Shown here in pieces: positions 50,809 through 61,989 of a DNA stretch of 64,000 nucleotides (position 1 is the stretch's first letter; the number at the start of each line of letters is the position of its first letter). The position numbers and the translations under genes are program-made. This DNA is from Gammaproteobacteria bacterium (GTDB lineage: Bacteria > Pseudomonadota > Gammaproteobacteria > Eutrophobiales > Eutrophobiaceae), in the NCBI GenBank assembly GCA_965243205.1, contig CBDEUK010000002.1, positions 1,696,001 through 1,760,000 on the forward strand, in the 5' to 3' direction. Under the pieces are notes generated by a model. The model did no database searches, was not told the origin of the DNA, and saw only the letters and a program-made list of their open reading frames with translations.

Positions 50809-51795
50809 CTATCTCGATCTATTAGGGAGTGAATAATACAGAAATGAACCCACACTGATCAATAACAAAGCAGCTACTCCATTATGTGCAACCGCAATAC
50901 CAATCGGCAACACTAAAATGATGTTTAATACGCCCAAAACCAATTGAATTAACAGCAAGAACAAACTAGTGCATGCAAAAAGCTTCTGCATACCAGCTGT
51001 ATTTAAAAAAGCGAACAGGGATATCGTGCCGACAACCAATAAAGTAATTATTGCGCATATTCTGTGAGTAAAATGAATCGCTGTTCTTGCATCGACATCT
51101 AGCAAACCAAATTCATAATTTTTACCAAGACCGGTCCAGAATGTAAAACCATTTGAAAAATCCATCGTGGGCCACCATGAATTTTGACAGGTTGGAAAAT
51201 CTGAACATACCAATGCAGCATAGTTAGCGCTGGTCCAACCTCCTAGAAATATTTGTAAATACACTATGCACAATGCAACCAATGAAAATACAAACCATTT
51301 AGAGTTCGATCTGGTATTTTGATAATTAGAAATATTGTGCAGCAAGAATGTTAACAATAAAAATACTGTCATTCCGCCTAATAGGTGCGACATAACAACG
51401 ACAGGCTTTAATAGTAAGGTAACAGTCCACATTCCTAATAATGCTTGGAATATTATCAATGCTAATAAAACATAAGATATTGAGGCAGCACCTGGATTAC
51501 TTTTACGGTTTTTAAAATTCCTATAGGTAATCGTTGCTACTAAGAGCAAAAGAAACCCAGCCGCATATCGATGTACCATTTCTTTCCATGCTTTACCGGC
51601 TTCCACAGGCCTTTCTGGATATAACTGATTTGCTTCATCAACATGTTGTTCTTCACTGGGCACCAAAATTTTTCCGTAACATCCTGGCCAATCAGGACAA
51701 CCTAAGCCAGCATCCGATAATCGTACATAGGCTCCTAACGTAATGACTATAAACGCTAATAAGCAACTAATGATAATTAAACTTTTTGTACTCAT
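50809..51795 (-). CDS. ctaA: Heme A synthase (COX15/CtaA)
   Basis: GLGCPDWPGC, EMVHR. Confidence 0.92.
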   Translation of the reverse strand: MSTKSLIIISCLLAFIVITLGAYVRLSDAGLGCPDWPGCYGKILVPSEEQHVDEANQLYPERPVEAGKAWKEMVHRYAAGFLLLLVATITYRNFKNRKSNPGAASISYVLLALIIFQALLGMWTVTLLLKPVVVMSHLLGGMTVFLLLTFLLHNISNYQNTRSNSKWFVFSLVALCIVYLQIFLGGWTSANYAALVCSDFPTCQNSWWPTMDFSNGFTFWTGLGKNYEFGLLDVDARTAIHFTHRICAIITLLVVGTISLFAFLNTAGMQKLFACTSLFLLLIQLVLGVLNIILVLPIGIAVAHNGVAALLLISVGSFLYYSLPNRSR

Positions 51796-51800
51796 TGATA

Positions 51801-52391
51801 TTAACCAATTCTTGAAATCTTTATTAAGTGAGTAAGGTCTTCAATCATGCCAATTGGGTCGGCGGATGCTTCATACGTCATCATAATATTTCCTAATGGA
51901 TCAATGATAAAAAATTGCCCATTTCCTCTTTCGTTAGTATTTTTTTGGACGATAAAGTTTTCCATCAAACCTTCTTGTAATTGATCTCTGAAGATTAATA
52001 ACTGACCTTCATAATCTTTCACTAATATATTGTTGAATAATTCTGGTGTATTGCTATCGACGATTAAAATTCTTTGTAGTCGATGAGCATACTTATTAGT
52101 CGCCAATCGTACTTGTCGCATTTTGTATACGCTATCTACACAAACTTTTTCACAGATACCTTCTTGAACAAACACAATACTCCATTTTCCATATAAGCTT
52201 TTTTCATTTGAATTAAACTCATCATGAAGTGTTATATCGGGTAAATTTCTCGGCGGTTGTATTAAAGTACCGTGATTCTTTTTACCACCGGCAACATCAC
52301 CAAAACTATAGATTAACCAAGATAAAATAGGTGGTGCTAAAAACACGACCATTAATGCAATAATTGTTATTTTATTATTTGATTTAGACAT
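51801..52391 (-). CDS. Cytochrome oxidase cluster membrane protein (thioredoxin/SCO-like)
   Basis: TM segment, CxxxC, IDPLGNIMM; conserved position after surf1. Confidence 0.75.
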   Translation of the reverse strand: MSKSNNKITIIALMVVFLAPPILSWLIYSFGDVAGGKKNHGTLIQPPRNLPDITLHDEFNSNEKSLYGKWSIVFVQEGICEKVCVDSVYKMRQVRLATNKYAHRLQRILIVDSNTPELFNNILVKDYEGQLLIFRDQLQEGLMENFIVQKNTNERGNGQFFIIDPLGNIMMTYEASADPIGMIEDLTHLIKISRIG

Positions 52392-53106
52392 TTTTCTTTA
52401 AATTTAAATATACAAACAAAAAACATAAGATTGTTGCAAAGGAAAACCATTGAAATGCATAACCATAATGTTTTTCTTTACCATTTCCTGGCTCGGGCCA
52501 GATTCGAAAATAACCTTGTTGTGAATCATTAACCACCCTAACCACAAAAGGTTCTAATTTTAATTTTAGTTTTTCTTCTAATTGAGAAAAATCTATGTTT
52601 TGAACTCGGAAAGTATTTTTATCAAATTCTTCTATTTCCGTTTTACCTAATTTTATTCCTGAAAATTGTGGGTATTTTATATGCCCTATGTGAACTTCAC
52701 TTTCAGAAAACGTTTTTAAATCTGGAATAACATTCCGTCTTTTATTCGCAGAAACCCAGCCAAAATTTAACATGATAATTTTATTATTGGATTCTAATTG
52801 AAGCGGCTTATAAACATAATAACCAGCATCAGTGTTGACAATTTTGTTATCAAGTAAAATATTGATGTCTTCTACAAAACGGCCTTTTACACCAACTTTG
52901 CGCCAGATCATATCTTCTATATTAGAACTGTCTTTGACAAGTTGATCTAAGCTAACAACCGAACTATTTCTTTTACCAATATAATCTTGGTATAGTCTTT
53001 CTTTTTGTTCCGCCCGATCCAGTTGCCAAAACCCAAGTTTTAAGAAAATAGGCAATAGTAAAATAAATGAAACGGTTGGTAACAAGCTTGGCTGAAACTT
53101 ATACAT
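52384..53106 (-). CDS. SURF1 family protein
   Basis: LGFWQLDR, HYGYAFQWF. Confidence 0.92.
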   Translation of the reverse strand: MYKFQPSLLPTVSFILLLPIFLKLGFWQLDRAEQKERLYQDYIGKRNSSVVSLDQLVKDSSNIEDMIWRKVGVKGRFVEDINILLDNKIVNTDAGYYVYKPLQLESNNKIIMLNFGWVSANKRRNVIPDLKTFSESEVHIGHIKYPQFSGIKLGKTEIEEFDKNTFRVQNIDFSQLEEKLKLKLEPFVVRVVNDSQQGYFRIWPEPGNGKEKHYGYAFQWFSFATILCFLFVYLNLKKNV

Positions 53107-53156
53107 AGAACCTTAAATCAAAACAAAGCTAACAATCATCTAAAATTTACACACCT

Positions 53157-53378
53157 ATGGAACCACAACTTATATTCAAACTGGTCGTTTTAACTATTCT
53201 ACTGCTTATTATGATATCTCTAGCAAGCGGAATGTTCTTTTTGATTAAAGACAAAGGAAAAAAGAATCGTACTTTAAACTCCTTAAAGTTCCGCATTAGT
53301 CTTTCTATTTTATTGTTTGTCTTGCTTTTAATAGGCATGAAAATGGGCTGGTTAATGCCTCATGGACTGCCACGTTAA
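53157..53378 (+). CDS. Twin-TM small protein (DUF2909)
   Basis: Two TM helices, SL..R..LS, GW..PH; usual position in cox clusters. Confidence 0.85.
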   Translation: MEPQLIFKLVVLTILLLIMISLASGMFFLIKDKGKKNRTLNSLKFRISLSILLFVLLLIGMKMGWLMPHGLPR

Positions 53379-53392
53379 ACCTTCATAAATAC

Positions 53393-53416
53393 AAAAGGCG
53401 CCATAAGACGCCTTTT
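53393..53416. terminator. Bidirectional intrinsic terminator
   Basis: AAAAGGCG-CCATAAGA-CGCCTTTT between convergent genes. Confidence 0.65.
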
Positions 53417-53439
53417 ATACAATTCCATTTCTAACACTT

Positions 53440-54315
53440 TTAAATCATATAGACAAAGATAAATAGCCCCAACCAAACCACGTCTACAAAGTGCCAATAC
53501 CAAGCAACCCCTTCAAAAGCAAAGTGGCTCTCAGGACTAAAATGGCCTTTCAATGAACGGAAATAGATCACTAATAACATAGTCGCGCCCATCGTTACAT
53601 GAAAGCCGTGAAAGCCCGTCAACATGTAAAATGTAGAGCCATAGGTTCCAGAGCTCATTTTTAAGTTCAAATGCTCATAAGCATGGTGATACTCTGAAGC
53701 TTGTAAATATACGAATAAGAAACCTAATAAAACAGTGGCAAGTAACCACCAACATAAACCTGAACGATTATTATGTTTGAGGGCATGATGGGCAATTGTA
53801 ACCGTCACACCTGAAGCTAATAAAATAATAGTATTGATTAAAGGAAGATCATTCCAAGGAATTACTTCTTCAAATACATCAAATTTGCTTGGATCAGGCA
53901 TCACATGAAGTGGCCAGCTAGGCACGAAATCTTCCCATAGGAACTGATTCGTAACAAAACCAGAGCCTTCGCCACCTAACCAAGGAATTGAAAATGCACG
54001 GATGTAATAAAGTGCACCAAAGAAGGCAGCAAAAAACATAACTTCAGAGAAAATAAACCAGCCCATACCCCATCTAAAACTGATATCAACTTGTTTGTTA
54101 TAACTCCCCGCCAAGCTTTCATCTATAACATCTGAAAACCAACCAACAAACATGTATACCACCAAGGCAATACCAAAACCCAAGACGAATGTCCCAAACG
54201 ATGAGCCATTTAGCATCAAAGCTGCACCAACAAATGATGTAAATAATGCTATAGAACCTACAACAGGCCACTGACTCGGTTCTGGAATGTAATATTCACC
54301 ATGCGAACTAGACAT
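53440..54315 (-). CDS. coxC: Cytochrome c oxidase subunit III
   Basis: FIFSEVMFF, TGFHG.HV, WYWHFVD. Confidence 0.95.
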   Translation of the reverse strand: MSSSHGEYYIPEPSQWPVVGSIALFTSFVGAALMLNGSSFGTFVLGFGIALVVYMFVGWFSDVIDESLAGSYNKQVDISFRWGMGWFIFSEVMFFAAFFGALYYIRAFSIPWLGGEGSGFVTNQFLWEDFVPSWPLHVMPDPSKFDVFEEVIPWNDLPLINTIILLASGVTVTIAHHALKHNNRSGLCWWLLATVLLGFLFVYLQASEYHHAYEHLNLKMSSGTYGSTFYMLTGFHGFHVTMGATMLLVIYFRSLKGHFSPESHFAFEGVAWYWHFVDVVWLGLFIFVYMI

Positions 54316-54347
54316 AGTTATTCCTCTATTTTTTTATGTTGTTAAAA

Positions 54348-54923
54348 CTAAATCTTGGATTTAATTTCCAAGACCCTCTCATTGGTTTTTGAAGCATTTT
54401 CTTTATTCGGTACTTCAAAAAAAGTATAAGACAATACTAATGAGCCAAAACGTTTTGGGAGGTTAGTTCCTACAACAAACTTAACCACCATTTCCTTTGT
54501 TTCTCCTGGCTCTAAGCGCTGCTCATCAAAACAAAAACATTCGGTTTTATTAAAAAATACCGAAGCTTGCGATGGTGCAACACTAGGTATTGCTCTACCA
54601 ACAATCGCTTTATTTGAGTTATTCACGACTGTAAATTTCGCTTCCCCAAGCTCACCTGGGTGAACTTTGACTTTTCTTTCAACCGCTTTGAAGTCCCAAG
54701 GCAATGAACGTGTATTTGTATCAAACTGAATAACAACGTCTCTTGATAGATCAATATCGACCTCTTGAGCCTCTTCAACTGCAATTTCACCGGTTTTACC
54801 ATTAAGTCCAGTAACTTCACAAAATACGTTATATAAAGGTACTAATAAATAACCAAAACCAAACATTGCAACGGCAACTATTGCTAATCTGGATGCTGTT
54901 TGATTAATAGAACCACCAAACAT
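54348..54923 (-). CDS. ctaG: Cytochrome c oxidase assembly protein Cox11/CtaG
   Basis: VPLY..FC..TG, ECFCF. Confidence 0.93.
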   Translation of the reverse strand: MFGGSINQTASRLAIVAVAMFGFGYLLVPLYNVFCEVTGLNGKTGEIAVEEAQEVDIDLSRDVVIQFDTNTRSLPWDFKAVERKVKVHPGELGEAKFTVVNNSNKAIVGRAIPSVAPSQASVFFNKTECFCFDEQRLEPGETKEMVVKFVVGTNLPKRFGSLVLSYTFFEVPNKENASKTNERVLEIKSKI

Positions 54924-54926
54924 TAA

Positions 54927-55070
54927 TTAAGCGCCCATGGATTTCATATATTGCAAAAAGATAAAACCAAAATATACAAAAACAGCAAACAAACCCAACC
55001 CTATTGCCAATCTTATATTGGCAGCATCCCTTGCTGCCTTGTCATCTTGTAAATCTTTTTTATCTGACAT
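54927..55070 (-). CDS. 47-aa single-TM protein between coxA and ctaG
   Basis: Manual translation MSDKKDLQDDKAARDAANIRLAIGLGLFAVFVYFGFIFLQYMKSMGA*; fills the gap almost exactly. Confidence 0.7.
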   Translation of the reverse strand: MSDKKDLQDDKAARDAANIRLAIGLGLFAVFVYFGFIFLQYMKSMGA

Positions 55071-55082
55071 ATATCGTTGCTA

Positions 55083-56684
55083 TTAAGTGCGCACCGCCGT
55101 CGTATCCGTAATTGTAGGAGGCGTTGTAAAGCTATGGTATGGAGGAGGTGAAGACAAGGTAAACTCCAGACCCTTAGCACCTTCCCAAACTTCATCTGTG
55201 GCTTTCGCGCCACCACGCACAGTTTTAATTACGATGTAGACAAACAGTAGCTGTGTTATACCAAAGGCAAACCCGCCAACACTAGAGATCATGTTCCACT
55301 CAGCAAACTGGATTGAATAATCAGGGATACGTCGTGGCATACCCGCTAATCCTAAGAAATGTTGAGGGAAGAACAATACGTTGACTGAAATGGTAGACAA
55401 CCAGAAATGTAGTTTACCTAAGCCTTCGTCATACATATTGCCGGTCCATTTAGGTAACCAGTAATAAGCTGCTGCAAATAATGAGAATACCGCGCCTGTT
55501 ACCAATACATAATGGAAGTGAGCTACTACGAAATAAGTATCGTGATATTGGAAATCAACTGGAGTAATCGCCAACATTAAGCCAGAGAATCCACCGATTG
55601 AGAACAGAATTACGAAAGCTAATGAAAATAGCATTGGAGTTTCAAAGGTCATAGAACCTTTCCACATGGTCGCAACCCAGTTAAAAATCTTAACCCCTGT
55701 TGGCACCGCAATCGACATCGTTGCATACATAAAGAACAATTCTCCAGCTAGTGGCATGCCGACAGTAAACATATGGTGAGCCCAAACGAAGAACGATAAG
55801 AATGCAATCGCCGCAGTTGCATATACCATTGACTCATATCCAAATAGAGGTTTACGAGCAAAGGTAGGGATAATTTGCGAAACGATACCAAACGCAGGAA
55901 GAATCAAAATATACACTTCAGGATGACCAAAGAACCAGAAAACGTGCTGGAATAATACTGGGTCACCACCACCTGCAGCATCAAAGAATGATGTACCAAA
56001 GTATTTATCGGTCAATAACATGGTTACCGCACCAGCAAGTACTGGTAATGACGCGATTAATAAGAACGCTGTAATAATCCAGGTCCAAACAAATAAAGGT
56101 AATTTCATAAAGGTCATACCAGGCGCGCGCATATTAAATACAGTCGCAATGATATTGATCGCACCCATAATGGATGAAATACCTAAGAAGTGGACAGTAA
56201 AAATTAAGAATGGAAATGCATCACCTAATTGTAAAACCAGTGGTGGGTACATAGTCCAGCCACCGGCAGGTGCACCACCTGTCATAAACAATGTAGACAA
56301 TAGAATGGTGAAGCCAAACGGAAGAATCCAGAAACTCATATTATTCATGCGAGGCATTGCCATATCAGGCGCACCAATCATGATAGGAATCATCCAGTTT
56401 GCCAAACCAACGCCTGCAGGCATTACCGCACCGAAAATCATAATCAGCGCATGCATAGTCGTCATTGAGTTGAAAAACTGCGGGTCAACATACTGAATAC
56501 CCGGTTGAAACAATTCTGCGCGGATGACCATTGCCATCGCCCCGCCGATAAAAAACATAATTAATGCAAACACCAAATACATGGTGCCGATGTCTTTATG
56601 GTTGGTAGAAAATAACCAACGACCTATGCCTGTTGGCTTGTGGTCATGATCATGATGATCATCGTGTGTGGCTGCATGACTCAT
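55083..56684 (-). CDS. coxA: Cytochrome c oxidase subunit I (aa3, type A1)
   Basis: TNHKDIG, GHPEVY, WAHH, HFH. Confidence 0.97.
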   Translation of the reverse strand: MSHAATHDDHHDHDHKPTGIGRWLFSTNHKDIGTMYLVFALIMFFIGGAMAMVIRAELFQPGIQYVDPQFFNSMTTMHALIMIFGAVMPAGVGLANWMIPIMIGAPDMAMPRMNNMSFWILPFGFTILLSTLFMTGGAPAGGWTMYPPLVLQLGDAFPFLIFTVHFLGISSIMGAINIIATVFNMRAPGMTFMKLPLFVWTWIITAFLLIASLPVLAGAVTMLLTDKYFGTSFFDAAGGGDPVLFQHVFWFFGHPEVYILILPAFGIVSQIIPTFARKPLFGYESMVYATAAIAFLSFFVWAHHMFTVGMPLAGELFFMYATMSIAVPTGVKIFNWVATMWKGSMTFETPMLFSLAFVILFSIGGFSGLMLAITPVDFQYHDTYFVVAHFHYVLVTGAVFSLFAAAYYWLPKWTGNMYDEGLGKLHFWLSTISVNVLFFPQHFLGLAGMPRRIPDYSIQFAEWNMISSVGGFAFGITQLLFVYIVIKTVRGGAKATDEVWEGAKGLEFTLSSPPPYHSFTTPPTITDTTAVRT

Positions 56685-56737
56685 AAAAATATTCCTCGTC
56701 TTAGCAAACTTCTATTCTAATAAATTAATCTTAAACT

Positions 56738-57877
56738 CTATCTCGCTGCGGCTACATCAGCAGGTTGTACAATATCACCCGTATCATTACCCCAAGCATT
56801 ACGCTCATAGGTAATAACTGCTGCTAGCTCCTCATCATTTAACTGAGGGCCATAAGCCGCCATAGCTGTACCGTCTTTACCATTAATAACGATATCTAAA
56901 TGAGCGGCTTTATCTTCAGTTGCGATTTGACTACCAGCTAGAGCTGGGAATGCACCTGGGATACCTGCACCATTTGCTTGGTGACATACAGCACATTGGG
57001 TTCCATAAACCTTTTCGCCCGCCGCCATTAACTCATCCATAGTACAGTCGGCTGCGGCACATAAGCTTTCGCCTGCAGCAGATTTTTTCTCTTCGACCCA
57101 AGCTGCATACTTTTCTGGAGAAACAGCTTCGACAACGATGGGCATAAACCCATGGTCTTTACCGCAAAGCTCGGCACATTGGCCACGATACACACCTTCT
57201 TCTTCGATATAGGTCCAGTTGTCATTAATAAAGCCTGGTATAGCGTCCCGTTTCCAACCTAGATCAGGTACCCACCAAGCATGTAACACATCTGCTGCAG
57301 TGGTAAGAATTCGAATTTTCGTATTAGTAGGAACAACAACACGATTATCAACATCCAATAAGTAATTTTCATGCTCAAAAGGATCCATTCCAGATTCCAT
57401 TTGGCGGATATCATTACTTTTAGTATCTAACACACTGAAAAAACCAAAATCATCTTCCATATATTGATAATGCCATTTCCACTGATAACCCGTTACTTTA
57501 ATGGTGATGTCAGCATCACCTGTTGCTTCCATTTTCACTAGTGTTTTTGTCGCAGGAACAGCCATTACAACTAAAATTAAGATTGGAATAATGGTCCAAA
57601 CAATTTCTGCTGTTGTGTTGTGATGGAATTGAGATGCGACGGCACCTTTTGATTTTCTGTGATTAAGTATTGACCAAAACATAGCACCAAAGACTAAAAT
57701 CGCAATCACTGTGACCACATATAATATGATCATGTGCAAATCGTAGACTTCTTTACTAATTGGTGTGACACCCTGAGGCATGTTTAAACCGTATTCAGCG
57801 GCAGCTGGACCAGCAAAAAACACTAAAACAAGGGCGATACTTGCAATAAAAGATTTTAAAAGCTTATTGGCATACAT
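56738..57877 (-). CDS. coxB: Cytochrome c oxidase subunit II with C-terminal cytochrome c domain
   Basis: CuA motif CAELCGKDHGFM plus heme motif CAVCH; start moved to ATG 57877, which has GAGG upstream. Confidence 0.95.
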   Translation of the reverse strand: MYANKLLKSFIASIALVLVFFAGPAAAEYGLNMPQGVTPISKEVYDLHMIILYVVTVIAILVFGAMFWSILNHRKSKGAVASQFHHNTTAEIVWTIIPILILVVMAVPATKTLVKMEATGDADITIKVTGYQWKWHYQYMEDDFGFFSVLDTKSNDIRQMESGMDPFEHENYLLDVDNRVVVPTNTKIRILTTAADVLHAWWVPDLGWKRDAIPGFINDNWTYIEEEGVYRGQCAELCGKDHGFMPIVVEAVSPEKYAAWVEEKKSAAGESLCAAADCTMDELMAAGEKVYGTQCAVCHQANGAGIPGAFPALAGSQIATEDKAAHLDIVINGKDGTAMAAYGPQLNDEELAAVITYERNAWGNDTGDIVQPADVAAAR

Positions 57878-57921
57878 GTAGCTTTCCTCAGCCATAATTA
57901 TAAGGTTAATAATTCTATTTT

Positions 57922-58401
57922 TTACGTCTGAGTCAATGCTTTAACCAAGGTTTTAGCAAGTCCTCGACGCTCCTCTTCATTTAAAAATTTTCCGATCTCG
58001 AGCTGCAAGCCTTTCGATCGAAGAACTAAGCGACTAGGGTGCCATGTATGATCTGGCATCTCCAAGATCACTTTTGTCCATGCTTGATGAAACTGGTAGG
58101 TATTTTCTAAAACTCTGTGGCCTTTTTCTACTGCAATGTTCTCACCGTCTATCGTAATGACTTCTTTTGCCGTTGATTTCCATGCAGTTATGTACAAGGC
58201 ATAACCCAAAAATATCATTTCAACGCCAGCATAAGGCAATATAAACGGTAATCCATTCACGAAAAACCACAACCCAATAGAAATCGTGATTGTGGTAATT
58301 ATAAAGAAAAAAGCTAACAGCCCCTCCCAACTCATCGCACGATTCGGTCTAATAATGAGCTGTTTTGTGCTGTTTCCAACACTTCTTACCTCATCTATCA
58401 A
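57922..58401 (-). CDS. DUF2244 membrane protein
   Basis: RPNR.MS, P.AG.E, EIG.FL.EEER; usual position upstream of coxB. Confidence 0.85.
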   Translation of the reverse strand: MIDEVRSVGNSTKQLIIRPNRAMSWEGLLAFFFIITTITISIGLWFFVNGLPFILPYAGVEMIFLGYALYITAWKSTAKEVITIDGENIAVEKGHRVLENTYQFHQAWTKVILEMPDHTWHPSRLVLRSKGLQLEIGKFLNEEERRGLAKTLVKALTQT

Positions 58402-58564
58402 AGGTTACTCCCGAAACCTTATAACAACAATTGATATCGTGCTCAATTTTGCTTTCGGAACTATGCCTATACTGTTCAAAATATGCAAGTTTTTGTGAAA
58501 CATAGATATATAATTGAAAGATAATTATATTTAGTCAAAATAAGTCTATTAAGTTAAAAAAGCA

Positions 58565-59239
58565 CTAAAAATATTGGCAAACTTTCCTAAAATCATGGCC
58601 ATCATGATTTATATCTCTATTCTCCATTTTACCTATCTGTTGAATTGGCATTTTATCTACTAACGTATTTATTACTTCACTAGACTCTTTGAGTTCTCGT
58701 AATGGTCCGTTTGAAACCCAGCCCAAAATCTTAACATTATCATTTAACATAACTTCTGCTGTTAATAATGCATGATTTATACAACCTAATTTTAGCTCAA
58801 CAACTAATATAACGGGTATATTTAGATAATTGACTAGATCGACTGCCGAATAATCGTCTGACAAAGGGCTTCGCCAACCACCAGCACCTTCTACGACAAG
58901 CACATCACCTAAAGCCGCTAATTTTTTATAGTTTTCTTGAATATTGGTCAAAGAAAGCGGTTTTTTTATTTGCTTCGCAGCAATATTGGGCGAAACCGCT
59001 GGTTCATATACATATGGATTATGAACCTTATAGTCTAATTGCTCGGAGCTCGCGGCAATTAAATTTGCTGCATCTTCATTGATCAATTTACCTTCTAATT
59101 TTTTTGCATCACTGGCAACAGGTTTATAACCAATGACTTTTTTTCCTTTTAGCTTCAGTTCTTTCATTAACTGAACCGCTACTACCGTTTTTCCAACTTC
59201 GGTATCTGTTCCTGTGATAAAAACACCTTTAGCACTCAT
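58565..59239 (-). CDS. bioD: Dethiobiotin synthase
   Basis: GTDTEVGKT, EGAGG, LGCINH. Confidence 0.95.
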   Translation of the reverse strand: MSAKGVFITGTDTEVGKTVVAVQLMKELKLKGKKVIGYKPVASDAKKLEGKLINEDAANLIAASSEQLDYKVHNPYVYEPAVSPNIAAKQIKKPLSLTNIQENYKKLAALGDVLVVEGAGGWRSPLSDDYSAVDLVNYLNIPVILVVELKLGCINHALLTAEVMLNDNVKILGWVSNGPLRELKESSEVINTLVDKMPIQQIGKMENRDINHDGHDFRKVCQYF

Positions 59240-60093
59240 AGCATTCTTTTCTTAATGTTCTCAACAGGGATATTGATTTGATTACCCTGTTTGTTTTCAG
59301 CAGTCCAAGCTAGACCATAGATAACTTCGTAGGTCAGCGGCAATTTTCCAGCCGTTTCAAATTTTTCATAATTCTTTTTAAATTGATTCCAATCCTGTTT
59401 TGAGGTTAAATTTTTATTTCTTTTTTTATGAACATTACTAGCACCCACTTTTTTTATGCTGTTCGAAACTTGTTTAATGCTGTCATATTTCATAACCATC
59501 GTATCCACACTCAAAACAGGGTCATCAAAACCAACGGTCATTAATGCATCGCCATATTTTCGTATATCATAAAATTTATGTGTTTCTGTTTTATTGGTAA
59601 ATGCCCATGCTGTACGAAACTCTTTCATGCTGTTTTCGCCCAATGTCGAAAAGATCATGACGCCATCAGGTTTCAACAATGATCGTATTTCTCTAAACAC
59701 CTCTACAAAATCTTCTGACCATTGCAAACATAATGAGGAAAAAATTAAATCAACAGAATTATGTTTAAATGGCAAAGCTTGGATGTCAGTTTGAACAAAT
59801 TTATCTTTATATAATTGCCAGCGTTGTTTCTTTGCAGCCTGCTTTAACATCTGAAAAGATAAATCAGACTGTATTAATGTTGCTTTAGGATACAGTTTTT
59901 TTAATGTCTTCGACGCCAACCCTGTCCCAGAACCTAGATCAATAATCGTTTTTGGTTTTATCACCAGATAGTTTAATTGATCTAATAATTCATTAAGCAC
60001 GATCTTCTGTACGACGGCATGCTCATCATAAGTGGTTGCCGCTCGATCAAAATTATTTTTTAATCGCGTTTTATCTAATAATTTATCGATCAT
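59236..60093 (-). CDS. bioC: Malonyl-ACP O-methyltransferase
   Basis: F.RAA.TYD..A.VQ, DLGSGTG, LTYEV. Confidence 0.9.
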   Translation of the reverse strand: MIDKLLDKTRLKNNFDRAATTYDEHAVVQKIVLNELLDQLNYLVIKPKTIIDLGSGTGLASKTLKKLYPKATLIQSDLSFQMLKQAAKKQRWQLYKDKFVQTDIQALPFKHNSVDLIFSSLCLQWSEDFVEVFREIRSLLKPDGVMIFSTLGENSMKEFRTAWAFTNKTETHKFYDIRKYGDALMTVGFDDPVLSVDTMVMKYDSIKQVSNSIKKVGASNVHKKRNKNLTSKQDWNQFKKNYEKFETAGKLPLTYEVIYGLAWTAENKQGNQINIPVENIKKRML

Positions 60094-60826
60094 AATCTTT
60101 CAATACTTTCATGATTGTTTCGGCAACTAATTCTGGCGAACTTATAAACGGGATATGATCAGAGTTTGATAAAAATGAATATTTAATTTTTTTGTTATTA
60201 AACGGCTTAAGTTTATAAAGATTTTTATTAATTAACATATCATTTTCGCTATAACAAAGAACTGTTTGTATCTTTACACTCTCCAACTCACTTCTTAAAT
60301 CTACTTCTTTTAATAACTTTAAGCCTTGCAATAATTTTTCAGACTCAAGATTGTCAGGCGAAATAATTTTTTTAATTGTTTTTAAAGATTCTTTTTGTTT
60401 GGTCGCCCCATGTGTAATCAATGAATAAAAACGGTTCAGTGTAGAAACTTTATTATTTGTTAATTCGGCTATCATTTTTGTTATGAGTGTCTCTTCAACA
60501 CCATATTGCCACTCTGTCTTATTTACAAAACACGGATTGAAACAAATCAAACATAATAAATGATCGTTTTGTGTAAGTTTGGTACTTAGCCTTATAGAGA
60601 TTAAGGCCCCTAACGACCAGCCGATAATTAAACTGTTTGGTTTAATTATTTTAGTTAACTTACTACAACAGTCTTCTAAAAGACTTTCAGAATTTAATGT
60701 TGTATCAAAACACTCAAACAGGCTTATAGTTTGAACATCATATTCACTGAAATACTGATTAATGAATTCTTTCCAGATTTGTTCATCAAAACCCCAGCCA
60801 TGTAAAAAAACTAACGGTCTTTTCAT
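60083..60826 (-). CDS. bioH: Pimeloyl-ACP methyl ester esterase
   Basis: LHGWG, GWSLG, H.PF; within the bio operon. Confidence 0.85.
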   Translation of the reverse strand: MKRPLVFLHGWGFDEQIWKEFINQYFSEYDVQTISLFECFDTTLNSESLLEDCCSKLTKIIKPNSLIIGWSLGALISIRLSTKLTQNDHLLCLICFNPCFVNKTEWQYGVEETLITKMIAELTNNKVSTLNRFYSLITHGATKQKESLKTIKKIISPDNLESEKLLQGLKLLKEVDLRSELESVKIQTVLCYSENDMLINKNLYKLKPFNNKKIKYSFLSNSDHIPFISSPELVAETIMKVLKDYDR

Positions 60827-61971
60827 TGTTTGTTTATTTCTACTAATGCATCCATCAATTCATCAAGATGTTTCTTTTCATGTGCTGCAGTAATGGTTAT
60901 ACGAATTCTTGCTGTATTAACTGCGACAGTTGGTGGTCGTATAGCAACAGCTAAAATATTTTTCCTTTTTAATCCTTCACTGGTTTCCAGTGTTTTTTGA
61001 TTAGGCCCTATTTGTAATATTTGAATAGGTGTATTTGATTTTTTTAAATCCAAACCGTTTTCGTTTGCTATTTTTTGAAAATATTTAATGGATTGATTTA
61101 ATTTATCTCTTCTCCATGGTTCTTCTATTGATAGGCTAATTGCCTTTGATGCCGTTGCAACTAAAGCAGCAGGGAGAGATGTTGTATAAATTAATGATCG
61201 GCTTTTTTGTATCATCAACTCTATTGCTTCTGTCTTGCCACAAACAACAGCACCATAGCCGGCCAAGGCTTTGCCGAAAGTTATTAATAATAAATATGGT
61301 CGATCGTCTTTTTCAAAAAACTCAGTGATGCCTTTTCCTTTTTCACCGATCACCCCAAAGCCATGTGCATCATCAAGAATGATTTTTGAATTTGTCTTTG
61401 AAGAAATAGATTTTATATTTTTTATATCTATAACATCTCCATCCATACTAAACACAGAGTCGCTATATAAGAATTTTGTATAATTTTTATGCTGTTCGGA
61501 ATAACTTAAAACTGAAGAATAATTTAAATGCGGATAACGTTTATAGTTTGTACCAGAAAGCTTTAATCCATCATACATAGACGCATGATTCAGTTTATCA
61601 ATATACACCATAGAATCTTTATCAAATAAAGCCTGTTGGATTCCAAGATTTGCCATATAGCCATTGCCAAATAACAATGCTTTTTCATAGCCAAGCAGTT
61701 CTGCGATTTGTTCTTCTAATATTTTATGTGGTTTTTGATAACCACAAATTAACTGTGAAGAACTAGAACTTGTACCATATTTATTTAGTGCTTCATTAAA
61801 TGTTTTTTTTAATTCTTTATGGCTTGATAAACCTAAATAATCGTTTGAACAAAAATTTAGATGTTTTTTTCCTTTTATATAACTATATACACCATCATTT
61901 GATTCAACTTCTATTCGTGATCGATAGGCATTATCTTGCCTTAATTTATCAAGTTGTCTAACAACATCCAT
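60823..61971 (-). CDS. bioF: 8-amino-7-oxononanoate synthase
   Basis: SNDYLG, SMDGD, DDAHG, TFGKA, IRPPTV. Confidence 0.93.
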   Translation of the reverse strand: MDVVRQLDKLRQDNAYRSRIEVESNDGVYSYIKGKKHLNFCSNDYLGLSSHKELKKTFNEALNKYGTSSSSSQLICGYQKPHKILEEQIAELLGYEKALLFGNGYMANLGIQQALFDKDSMVYIDKLNHASMYDGLKLSGTNYKRYPHLNYSSVLSYSEQHKNYTKFLYSDSVFSMDGDVIDIKNIKSISSKTNSKIILDDAHGFGVIGEKGKGITEFFEKDDRPYLLLITFGKALAGYGAVVCGKTEAIELMIQKSRSLIYTTSLPAALVATASKAISLSIEEPWRRDKLNQSIKYFQKIANENGLDLKKSNTPIQILQIGPNQKTLETSEGLKRKNILAVAIRPPTVAVNTARIRITITAAHEKKHLDELMDALVEINKQ

Positions 61972-61989
61972 TAAGCAAGCAAATAATTT

